Below, piece after piece: positions 28,759 through 37,734 of a stretch of 64,000 bases of DNA. Within the stretch, counting starts at the first letter, position 1. Each line of letters begins with the position of its first letter. Both the position numbers and the translations under genes were made by a program. This DNA comes from a bacterium (GTDB lineage: Bacteria > Fidelibacterota > Fidelibacteria > Fidelibacterales > Fidelibacteraceae), in contig OY781066.1 in the NCBI GenBank assembly GCA_963676395.1, positions 384,001 to 448,000 of the forward strand, written 5' to 3'. The notes beneath the pieces were generated by a model, which had not been told where the DNA came from, searched no databases, and was given only the letters and a program-made list of their open reading frames with translations.

Positions 28759-29541
28759 TTATCGTTTTTTCTTCTGTGAGAACATCCACTTCATCAATTC
28801 CGGATCAGCATATGTCGGTTTCCAAGAGCCATGTCCAACCCCGGGATACTCAGTGTATTTAATCAGTTCACCATCGGCATCTTTAATGGCTTTAACCATG
28901 TTACGTGAACGTATAACAGGTACAACGGGATCATCACCACCATGAAAAACCCAAATAGGCATATTGACTAACTTATAGGCTTGCTTTTCATCGGCACCAC
29001 CACAAACCGGTGCTGCAGCAGCAAATGTTTCCGGTAAACGTGATATAAGATCCCAAGTACCATAACCACCCATAGATAATCCACTTATATAAATTCTTTT
29101 TTTATTGATAGGATATTTATCAAGCGTTTGTTCAATTAATTCCATTACCAATGCCATCGTTTCAGAAGGGTCTTCCGGCATATCATGAGCATCCAATGCC
29201 CAATTTATTTCTACCCAACGTTTTTCTTTTGGACATTGAGGAGCAATCACGTAACATGGAAAATCCTTTCTATTTCCTTCATCAACAAAAGCACCCGCCC
29301 CCCAGATCAACTGACGTTCATTATCATTTCCACGCTCGCCTGCTCCATGTAAAAAAATGACTAAAGGGTATTTTTTCAGGAAGCATTTTTTTTGAGGTTC
29401 AAGCAACCTGTACAGCAGTGTATCATTATCATCATTAATATACTGTTCGGCCGAGAAAGCTGCCAAAGCTTCAGGGGACGCCTCTATCGCAAAAGCAAAA
29501 AGGATTAAAAACGACAGAATCAGTATTCGCAAATATTTCAT
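28759..29541 (-). CDS. secreted alpha/beta hydrolase (esterase/peptidase S9-like)
   Basis: Signal peptide, PLVIFLHGAGERG, GLSMGG nucleophile elbow, FHG..D.VV, GH. Confidence 0.88.
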   Translation of the reverse strand: MKYLRILILSFLILFAFAIEASPEALAAFSAEQYINDDNDTLLYRLLEPQKKCFLKKYPLVIFLHGAGERGNDNERQLIWGAGAFVDEGNRKDFPCYVIAPQCPKEKRWVEINWALDAHDMPEDPSETMALVMELIEQTLDKYPINKKRIYISGLSMGGYGTWDLISRLPETFAAAAPVCGGADEKQAYKLVNMPIWVFHGGDDPVVPVIRSRNMVKAIKDADGELIKYTEYPGVGHGSWKPTYADPELMKWMFSQKKKR

Positions 29542-29724
29542 TTCATTACTCCACTTAGTTTATTTTTACGCTTAAATTTACCGTTCATAGCAGAACAAAA
29601 CAATTTAAGAATATTTTTACAATTTTATCCATATTTTTCACATCAATTTACACTTTACTTTTGCATCACATTTAGATTCGATGTAATTTTAAACGTAAAC
29701 AAAATAAATAGAAGGGTTTTACGA

Positions 29725-30252
29725 ATGGATGTAGTAAAAATTCTACCTGAGGTCAATGAGATCAAAGATGCCGGTTTAAGAAAAAAAGTTATCGACATCT
29801 GGAAGGAAGCTGCAGATTACCGTGGTTGGACAGAAGAATTACTTCTAGCTATACCTTTTACGCTTTTGGCAGAAAATGTAAGTATCCCATTTATCAATCA
29901 TGTTCGTGCGGTATGTCGTATGTGTATGGCTGTCGATGATGTTCAAGAGGTCTTGCATGGTGACCGCCGAACACCCGTAAATCGTGATTATCTTATCGCG
30001 GGTGCTTTACTGGCCGATGTTGGCAAACTTCTTGAATACGAGATCGTAGATGGCAAATCTGTCAAATCAAGTTATGGGCGTTACCTCCGTCACCCCTTTT
30101 CAGGTGTTGGGTTGGCATTCAAACATGATATACCTGAAGAGGTCATGCATGTAATAGCGACTCACTCAAAAGAAGGCACCGGTGAAAAGCGCTCACCCGA
30201 ATCCATTATTTTCCATCATGCTGACTTTATTGACTTTGAATTGGTAAAATAA
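29725..30252 (+). CDS. HD-domain metal-dependent phosphohydrolase
   Basis: H...LLADVGK, RHPFSG, ATHS, HHAD (HD-like; His of the HD pair replaced by Ala). Confidence 0.75.
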   Translation: MDVVKILPEVNEIKDAGLRKKVIDIWKEAADYRGWTEELLLAIPFTLLAENVSIPFINHVRAVCRMCMAVDDVQEVLHGDRRTPVNRDYLIAGALLADVGKLLEYEIVDGKSVKSSYGRYLRHPFSGVGLAFKHDIPEEVMHVIATHSKEGTGEKRSPESIIFHHADFIDFELVK

Positions 30253-30279
30253 GCCAAACATAATTTTAAAAATGTCCTT

Positions 30280-30310
30280 AGCCCTTTCAATATGAAAGGG
30301 CTGTTTTTTT
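30280..30310 (+). terminator. intrinsic terminator
   Basis: AGCCCTTTCA-at-ATGAAAGGGCT hairpin followed by GTTTTTTT. Confidence 0.8.
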
Positions 30311-30450
30311 ATTAATAATATTTTCCATCCAACAAAATTGGTCAGTTGTTTTATCACTTGTTATTCAAAAACGAATCATATAATTTCGAGTTACACATTG
30401 GAATACAGGAGCCGATGTGTATTAAACATAAAAACAGAAGGGAACTCAGT

Positions 30451-31395
30451 ATGATGAATCAAGGGAAATTAGCATTTATTTTTCCGGGACAAGGCTCACA
30501 AAAAGTAGGCATGGGTTTGGATCTCTTTAAGAACTACCCAAAGGCAAAAAAAGTTTTCGAAAAAGCTGATACGGTTTTACAATATCCTCTTAGCAAACTT
30601 TGTTTTGAAGGTCCCGAAAAAGAACTAACCTTAACCGCAAACACACAACCGGCAATTTTAACCACCAGTATAGCTTTACTGAGGATATTGCAAGATAAAA
30701 TAGATATAAAACCGGATTTTGTAGCCGGACATAGCTTAGGTGAATACAGCGCTTTAGTATGTGCCGATGCCCTCAATTTCGACGATGCAATACTGGCCGT
30801 AAATAAGCGTGGCACTTATATGCAAAATGCCGTACCGGTTGGGGTTGGTAGCATGGCGGCAATTATCAAAATCAAAGAAGAAACAGTTCAAGAGTTTTGT
30901 GATAAGGTAAGCCGTAAAGATCATATAGTAGTCAATGCAAATATAAATTGTCCACAACAGTACGTGATCTCGGGACATACAAAGGCCGTACAAGAAGTCA
31001 TGGCTCTTGCAAAAGAAAATAGAGGAATAACCATCTCCCTAGCGGTAAGTGCTCCTTTCCATTCTCCCTTAATGCAAAAAGCAGCTGACGAGCTCTCAGC
31101 CTGGTTGGATACAGTCCAGTTTTCTGATTTAAACACTACATTGATAAACAATGCAGAAGCAGAACTTATTGACAAAGGTGACGATGCAAAAACCTCGCTT
31201 GTAAGACAAATGCAAGCATCGGTAAAATGGGAAGCCTCTATGCGAAAGCTTATCGATAAGGGTGTAACAACATTTGTTGAAATCGGTCCGGGTAAAGTTT
31301 TAAGTGGACTTATGAAACGAATCGACAAAAATGTAACAGTATTAAATGCCTTTGATTCTGATAGCCTTGAAGAAACAGTAAAGTTACTGAAATAG
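30451..31395 (+). CDS. fabD: malonyl-CoA:ACP transacylase
   Basis: FPGQGSQ, TQPAI, GHSLGEY, VSAPFHS, EIGPGKVL; start trimmed to 30451. Confidence 0.96.
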   Translation: MMNQGKLAFIFPGQGSQKVGMGLDLFKNYPKAKKVFEKADTVLQYPLSKLCFEGPEKELTLTANTQPAILTTSIALLRILQDKIDIKPDFVAGHSLGEYSALVCADALNFDDAILAVNKRGTYMQNAVPVGVGSMAAIIKIKEETVQEFCDKVSRKDHIVVNANINCPQQYVISGHTKAVQEVMALAKENRGITISLAVSAPFHSPLMQKAADELSAWLDTVQFSDLNTTLINNAEAELIDKGDDAKTSLVRQMQASVKWEASMRKLIDKGVTTFVEIGPGKVLSGLMKRIDKNVTVLNAFDSDSLEETVKLLK

Positions 31396-31441
31396 ATCAA
31401 AGTATTTATTCCCTAACAAATACTTTTATGGGTTAGTATCT

Positions 31442-31807
31442 ATGATTGAAACCGGTATAGACATTATCGAAATAAATAGAATCGAGGATTCTATCAAAAA
31501 TTCTGAATTCGTGAGAAAATATTTTCATCCGAAAGAAATAGCCTATTCAGAAGCAAAACAAAATAGTGCTCAACACTTTGCAGTGCGTTTTGCCGCCAAA
31601 GAAGCTGTTCGTAAAATATTATTATCTCATATTGATAAATTGAGATGGTCTGACAGCTGGATAGAAAATGACAAAACGGGAAAACCGATATTACATTTTT
31701 CAACTGCCATCAATCAAAAAATTAAAATCCATCACTCAAGCGTCAGCTTAAGTCATACAAAGGATACTGCGATCGCCATTGTCATTATGGATGTAACAAG
31801 CCATTAG
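31442..31807 (+). CDS. acpS: holo-ACP synthase
   Basis: GIDIIE, RFAAKEA, GKP, SLSH. Confidence 0.93.
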   Translation: MIETGIDIIEINRIEDSIKNSEFVRKYFHPKEIAYSEAKQNSAQHFAVRFAAKEAVRKILLSHIDKLRWSDSWIENDKTGKPILHFSTAINQKIKIHHSSVSLSHTKDTAIAIVIMDVTSH

Positions 31808-32047
31808 TCCATCCAATAATCTTAACCATCTCACTCCCTATATTAGGGAGTAAGTCGTTATTTTATTACAAAGCATATTTTATTTTAGAGGATCATAATT
31901 GTCCGTAATTTTATTCCCTTAATATTCAACACATTAGGATGATTGATCGCAAATTGTTTATATCGAAATAATCCGTAATACATTGATCAATCCTACATTT
32001 TTGCATTTTTTTATTACATCATTGCATATCAGTGATGAAATAAACTG

Positions 32048-32077
32048 TTGACAACTTATGATTTAATTTATTATAAT
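32048..32077 (+). promoter_or_regulatory. consensus sigma70 promoter upstream of acpP
   Basis: TTGACA (32048-32053), 18 nt, TATAAT (32072-32077). Confidence 0.7.
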
Positions 32078-32154
32078 CTCATTGAGGCTTTTTATGTTTT
32101 TTTAAAAACATTACTAAGACATAAAAAACCTTAAACACACACACGGAGGAAAAA

Positions 32155-32379
32155 ATGAAAGAACAGCTAATCAAACTAATCGCAGAAGAGTTAAGCGTAC
32201 CTGAGGAGAAAGTCACACTGGAAGCAAATATCCAGGATGACCTTGGTGCTGATTCTCTTGATGCAATCCAACTGATCATGACCATCGAAAACGAATTTGA
32301 TATTACCGTTCCCGAAGAAGAAGCGGAAAATCTTAAGGTGGTTAAAGATGTGTTGAAATATATCGAAGAAAATAAATAA
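32155..32379 (+). CDS. acpP: acyl carrier protein
   Basis: DDLGADSLD phosphopantetheine site; GGAGG RBS. Confidence 0.96.
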   Translation: MKEQLIKLIAEELSVPEEKVTLEANIQDDLGADSLDAIQLIMTIENEFDITVPEEEAENLKVVKDVLKYIEENK

Positions 32380-32755
32380 TCATTGTAAATAGTTGATCAA
32401 CTGATTTTCTTTTCTTGCTAGAGAAAGCTTTAACTTGTTGCATAATAATTTATTGACAATCATTGTAGCTTCGTTATTGTTAAACATCCAGTAAAGAAGA
32501 ATATTTTAATCAAAACATCATTTAATAAAAATAAACTATTTATTTTTTAATGGATGATGTTACCCATTAAAATTTACAGAAGAGATCAGTGATTTACAGC
32601 AAGCAACATGATTTTAATATTTCCAATATTTTTACTTAAAAGCAATATAATTCATTTTGCTCTAGGGATAAGCATATACAACTCTACCCTATCGTAAAAT
32701 ATTCTTGCATGATCAGGAAATATTCAACAATTATAATACCGATAAGGAATATATT

Positions 32756-33694
32756 ATGGCAATAGATAAAGGATCATTTAAAGTTGTCTCCACAGGACGT
32801 TTTACCCCTGCGGGAGTTCTTACTAATAAGGACCTGGAAAAGATCGTAGATACATCAGATGAGTGGATTAGTTCAAGAACGGGAATAAAAGAACGTCGCA
32901 TAGCCAATGGCCAAACAACATCCGACTTAGCTACCTTGGCTGCAAAAAATGCAATTGAAAAAGTTGCTTACGATAAAAACAAGTTTGACATTATAATTGT
33001 AGCGACATTCACACCTGATATGAGAAGTCCAAGTGTTGCATCATTAGTCCAGGCTAATCTTGATCTTGATAAACCCGGAATCATGACATTTGACATTAAT
33101 GCTGCTTGTACGGGCTTCGTTTACGCCTTAAATATTGCAGAAAGGATGCTTCATAGCGGCTCACACAAAAGCGCACTTGTTATTGGAGCAGAAGTGATCA
33201 GCAAGGTAACGGATTATAAAGATCGAAACACCTGTGTACTTTTTGGAGATGGTGCAGGAGCTGTAATTTTGGAAAAAGATGAAACAAAAGAAGTCATATT
33301 CAATGTTTCATCAAAACCGGATAAAAATTTAATCCTGAATGTTGATGATTATGTGAGCATGAATGGACCCAAAGTATATCAATTTGCATCACGCGTTATT
33401 AAGTCTAGTGTTGAAGAAGTACTCTCATTTGGTAATATTGAAAAATCAAACATTAGTAAGATCATACCTCACCAGGCAAATATCAGGATCATACAAAGTG
33501 CCTCCAAAGCGTTGGATATACCTTTGGATAAATTCTTTGTAAATATTCACAAATATGGTAACACATCAGCTGCAAGTATTCCTATTGCATTAGATGAAAT
33601 GCTTGAAAAAGAAACAGTAAAGCCTAATGAAAAAATTCTTATGGTAGGATTCGGTGCCGGACTTACATATGGCGCAGTGTCCCTAACATATTAA
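32756..33694 (+). CDS. fabH: 3-oxoacyl-ACP synthase III
   Basis: DTSDEWI..RTGI, AACTGF, LFGDGAGA, PHQAN, YGNTSAASIP, FGAGLT; start trimmed to 32756. Confidence 0.96.
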   Translation: MAIDKGSFKVVSTGRFTPAGVLTNKDLEKIVDTSDEWISSRTGIKERRIANGQTTSDLATLAAKNAIEKVAYDKNKFDIIIVATFTPDMRSPSVASLVQANLDLDKPGIMTFDINAACTGFVYALNIAERMLHSGSHKSALVIGAEVISKVTDYKDRNTCVLFGDGAGAVILEKDETKEVIFNVSSKPDKNLILNVDDYVSMNGPKVYQFASRVIKSSVEEVLSFGNIEKSNISKIIPHQANIRIIQSASKALDIPLDKFFVNIHKYGNTSAASIPIALDEMLEKETVKPNEKILMVGFGAGLTYGAVSLTY

Positions 33695-33751
33695 TTTACT
33701 GTAATTTAACGAAAAGAATATTATCTTTCTAAAAACCTAAGAGGTACTGTA

Positions 33752-34498
33752 ATGAATTTAAAAGATAAAGTTGCTCTGGTAACCGGAGGAGCCAGTGGGA
33801 TTGGTGAAGCCATTAGCACAAAACTAGCTAAAGAAGGTGCACATGTAATCGTCAATTACAACCACTCCGAAGCTAAAGCTAGGGCACTCTGTGAAAAACT
33901 TACTCAAGAGGGATTGATCTGCAGTTCTTACCAAGGAGATGTCAGTAAATTCGAAGAGACACAAACTTTAGCAAAAAAGATCATTAGTAATCATGGAAAA
34001 ATCGACATTCTGGTGAACAATGCCGGGATCACAAAGGATCAACTATTATTTAGAATGACAGAAGATGATTTTGATCGCGTGATTGAGACCAACTTAAAAG
34101 GTAGCTGGAACATGATTAAAGCCGTTTCAATGCCCATGAGCAAAGCAAAGTTCGGAAAGATCATCAACATCACATCAATTTCAGGTGTCATGGGTAATGC
34201 AGGACAAACGAATTATTCGGCCTCAAAAGCAGGACTCATTGGGTTAACCAAATCGGTCGCTAGAGAATTTGCTAAAAGAAATATTACATGTAATGCGGTT
34301 GCTCCGGGTTTTATAGAAACTAATATGACCGCTGAACTTCCAGAAAGTTTAAAAGAAAAATACATTCAACAGATCCCAGTCGGAAGATACGGACATGCTG
34401 AAGACGTTGCTTCCTTAGTAAACTTTTTGGTTAGCAATGAAGCAAACTATATTACCGGCCAGGTCGTCCACGTTGACGGTGGCCTAGTTATGAATTAG
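33752..34498 (+). CDS. fabG: 3-oxoacyl-ACP reductase
   Basis: TGGASGIG, NNAGITKD, GQTNYSASK, APGFIET. Confidence 0.95.
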   Translation: MNLKDKVALVTGGASGIGEAISTKLAKEGAHVIVNYNHSEAKARALCEKLTQEGLICSSYQGDVSKFEETQTLAKKIISNHGKIDILVNNAGITKDQLLFRMTEDDFDRVIETNLKGSWNMIKAVSMPMSKAKFGKIINITSISGVMGNAGQTNYSASKAGLIGLTKSVAREFAKRNITCNAVAPGFIETNMTAELPESLKEKYIQQIPVGRYGHAEDVASLVNFLVSNEANYITGQVVHVDGGLVMN

Positions 34499-34509
34499 GA
34501 GATAAAAAA

Positions 34510-35748
34510 ATGAAACGAAGAGTAGTTATTACGGGACTGGGAACTGTGAATGCGATCGGTAATGATGTCAAATCTACTTGGAAAAGTGTACTGATCGGTA
34601 AAAATGGTATAGACAACATCACGCTATATGATAATTCAGAACATAAGCCTTACTTAGCCGGTGAAGTAAAAGATCTCATACCCGAAGATCATATTCCTCC
34701 AAAGGAAGTGCGCCGTTTGGACAGAACAACTATCCTGGGACTTATTGCGGCAAAGGAAGCATATGAGGATAGTAAACTAGGCGAAGCAAAGGTCGACAAT
34801 GACCGCTTTGGTGTTTTTGTTGGTAGTGGCATTGGTGGTCTTGGGACTATATATAATGAAACGAAAAAGGCAATTGAAAAAGGACCGGAACGCATGAGTC
34901 CTTTTTTCATCCCCAATTCCATAGTAAATCTGGTGGGTGGCAATATTGCCATCAAGTACAATGCAAGAGGTCCGGCAATTCCAATCGTTACGGCATGTTC
35001 TTCAGCAACAAATTCCATTGGAGAAGCATTCCGATACATTCGCGACGGATATTTGGATATTATTATGGCCGGTGGTGCCGAAGCACCGATCAATGTACTT
35101 GGGGTTGGCGGTTTTTCAAAAATGAAAGCTATCTCTCCCAGTTTAGATAAAAATCGTGCATCGATTCCATTTGATAAAGAACGATCCGGTTTTGTCATAG
35201 CAGAAGGTGCTGGGATTCTCATATTAGAAGACTTGGAACATGCAAAAAAACGAAATGCAAAAATTCATGCAGAGATAGTTGGTTACAACACAAATTGTGA
35301 TGCCTTTCATATCACTCAACCGGATGAAAGTGCTTCAGGTATAATCAAATGTATGAAAAACGCTCTTTCAGATGCAGATATTGAACCCGAAAGCATTGAT
35401 TATATTAATCCACACGGTACTTCAACATTTTATAATGACCGCGTAGAAAGTAAAGGGATCAGAGAAGCGTTTGGCGATTATGCATATAAAGTAAGTATCG
35501 GGGCTACCAAATCCATGCATGGGCACTCCCTAGGAGCAGTAGGTGGAGTTGAATCGGTTATTACAATAAAAGCTATTCAAGAAAATATTGTACCTCCTAC
35601 GATCAATTATAGCGTAAAAGACCCGGATTGTGATCTTGACTATACCCCAAATAAACATAAAAATCGTACAATTCGTTATGCTTTGAAAAATAGCTTAGGA
35701 TTTGGTGGTCATAATGCTACCCTTATCTTTAAAAAATGGGAAGATTAA
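34510..35748 (+). CDS. fabF: 3-oxoacyl-ACP synthase II
   Basis: RRVVITGLG, TACSS, HGTST, KSMHGHSLG, NSLGFGGHN. Confidence 0.96.
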   Translation: MKRRVVITGLGTVNAIGNDVKSTWKSVLIGKNGIDNITLYDNSEHKPYLAGEVKDLIPEDHIPPKEVRRLDRTTILGLIAAKEAYEDSKLGEAKVDNDRFGVFVGSGIGGLGTIYNETKKAIEKGPERMSPFFIPNSIVNLVGGNIAIKYNARGPAIPIVTACSSATNSIGEAFRYIRDGYLDIIMAGGAEAPINVLGVGGFSKMKAISPSLDKNRASIPFDKERSGFVIAEGAGILILEDLEHAKKRNAKIHAEIVGYNTNCDAFHITQPDESASGIIKCMKNALSDADIEPESIDYINPHGTSTFYNDRVESKGIREAFGDYAYKVSIGATKSMHGHSLGAVGGVESVITIKAIQENIVPPTINYSVKDPDCDLDYTPNKHKNRTIRYALKNSLGFGGHNATLIFKKWED

Positions 35749-35749
35749 C

Positions 35750-36175
35750 ATGTTATTAGATAAAACTCAAATCCAGGAGATCATTCCACATCGTGATCCC
35801 TTTTTACTAATTGATAAAGTACTAGATTTGAAACCGGGCGACTCGGCCATCGGCGAAAAATATGTATCTCCCCAAGAAGATTTTTTCAGAGGCCACTTCC
35901 CCAGTGAACCGGTCATGCCAGGTGTATTGATTATAGAGTCCATTGCGCAAACCGGTGCAATTACACTTTTATCCCTTCCTGAAAATAAAGGGAAAAGTGT
36001 TTATTTTGGAGGACTTAAAAACGCCAAATTCAAAAGAAAAGTCATTCCTGGAGATACCCTACGTTTAGAAGTAAAATTAACAAAAGTAAAAGCAAAATTC
36101 GGAGTTGGTACAGGCAAAGCATATGTGGGAGAAGAACTCGCATGTGAAGCAGAATTTATCTTCTCGTATATGTAA
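35750..36175 (+). CDS. fabZ: 3-hydroxyacyl-ACP dehydratase
   Basis: IPHRDPFLLID, FFRGHFP..PVMPGVLIIE; start trimmed to 35750. Confidence 0.96.
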   Translation: MLLDKTQIQEIIPHRDPFLLIDKVLDLKPGDSAIGEKYVSPQEDFFRGHFPSEPVMPGVLIIESIAQTGAITLLSLPENKGKSVYFGGLKNAKFKRKVIPGDTLRLEVKLTKVKAKFGVGTGKAYVGEELACEAEFIFSYM

Positions 36176-36192
36176 AAAATACCGTAAATAAT

Positions 36193-36234
36193 AAAAAACC
36201 GGAGACATTATTCATCAATAGTGTTTCCGGTTTT
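36193..36234. terminator. bidirectional terminator between fabZ and plsX
   Basis: AAAACCGGAGACATTAT...ATAGTGTTTCCGGTTTT inverted repeat. Confidence 0.7.
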
Positions 36235-36354
36235 GCAATGTAAGTTTCTTTCTGTTTAAGCACTACAAACTTAAAAAAAGAAAATTATTTTATCATTCTA
36301 GAGTTTATTGAAAAAATTAAAATAACAAGATCCCCTATATTTCATAAAATAAAA

Positions 36355-37401
36355 TTAGCTAAGATTTTTATCCGATTCATACTGCGAGATCGATTCACGC
36401 ATTACACCTATTACATCATCTTGTGCTGCTTGAATGGCAACCTTTAAAGCATTTTTAAATGCATAAGCTGTTGATCTACCATGCGCTTTTATAATGATCT
36501 TATCATATCCAAAGATAGGTGCACCGCCATATTCTTCATAACTGGAAACCTTCATTATCTCTTTGATTCCCCCTGATAAACACAATAAACCTAATTTCCA
36601 GATCAGTTTACCCTTCATTGCCATCTTCGCAAGTTTTTTAACGGCTTCAGAGGTACCTTCGATGGTTTTCATGGCAATATTTCCGGTTAAACCTTCCGTT
36701 ACAACCACATCAGCCTTTCCTTTCATCAAATCATTACCTTCGATATTACCAATAAAATTAATATCGTCTCTAGAAGATAATAATTGATAAGCGGCTTTCA
36801 TTGTTTCGTTTCCCTTGTGTGACTCAGCTCCAATATTCAGTAATCCAACCGTTGGATTTTCAACTTTCAGGATTTTCTTCTTATAGCTGATACCCATATA
36901 TGCATAATGAACCAGATCATCAGGCGAGTTCACAACATTTGCTCCAATATCAAGCAACAATGAAAATATTTTACTTCTTTTTTGCTCATTAAGCGTTGGA
37001 TAAATAGTACCCAAAGCCGTGCGTCTTACTCCCGGTATGCGCTTTATTTGAAGCGCAACAGAAAGCACAACAGCGCCTGTACTTCCTGCTGAAACCATGG
37101 CATCTGCCCTACCTTCTCTTAACATCTTGGCTGCTAAACGAACTGAGGCATTGGGTTTTTCTTTAATGGCTACTTTGGGAGAATCCTCGTTAGTAATCAT
37201 TTCAGAGGTATGAACAATCTCTATTTGTTCTTCATTATATTTATGTTTTGTAAGCTCTTGTTTAATCTTGCTTTCATCCCCAACTAAAATTAAATGTGCA
37301 GGAGATTCCAGGGTCATTTGACAGGCGCCGGCAACCGTGATCCCGGGCGCATGATCTCCCCCCATTGCATCAATAACTATTCGAATTTTTGAATTAGACA
37401 T
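36355..37401 (-). CDS. plsX: phosphate acyltransferase
   Basis: IDAMGGDHAP, VSAGSTG, LDIGAN, GLLNIG.E..KG, FIGNIEG, GNIAMKT.EG, KAHG. Confidence 0.95.
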   Translation of the reverse strand: MSNSKIRIVIDAMGGDHAPGITVAGACQMTLESPAHLILVGDESKIKQELTKHKYNEEQIEIVHTSEMITNEDSPKVAIKEKPNASVRLAAKMLREGRADAMVSAGSTGAVVLSVALQIKRIPGVRRTALGTIYPTLNEQKRSKIFSLLLDIGANVVNSPDDLVHYAYMGISYKKKILKVENPTVGLLNIGAESHKGNETMKAAYQLLSSRDDINFIGNIEGNDLMKGKADVVVTEGLTGNIAMKTIEGTSEAVKKLAKMAMKGKLIWKLGLLCLSGGIKEIMKVSSYEEYGGAPIFGYDKIIIKAHGRSTAYAFKNALKVAIQAAQDDVIGVMRESISQYESDKNLS

Positions 37402-37537
37402 TTTTCCTCCATTGTGTGTTAGCAATAATCTAAGCCATTTTTATGCAGGGGTCTATATATTTTTTTGAGTAGTTGTCACTCTCAGTTCTTTATTTATTTC
37501 CAATTGCACTTATTTATAAAAATAATTAAATTACGCG

Positions 37538-37693
37538 TAATTGTCATTGTCGTTTACGATTCAAATTCTGGCGGATTTCAATTCATTACAATGAAACGAC
37601 AACCGACGCTCGTAAGAGCGGGGGTTGCTCCTCATTGTAAGGGTTTGCCAGAAACCCGAATCGTGCGGTTGTTAGTCCCCGCTTTTGACTAAC
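37538..37693 (+). ncRNA. candidate structured ncRNA (long interrupted hairpin; 6S-like?)
   Basis: Promoter TTGCAC(37504)-17-TAAATT(37527); nested stems spanning 37556-37664 with a GTAA tetraloop; G-U pairs favour the + strand. Confidence 0.55.
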
Positions 37694-37734
37694 AAAATAC
37701 TTATAAGCCAAAACCAGTCACTCATAATAAATAT

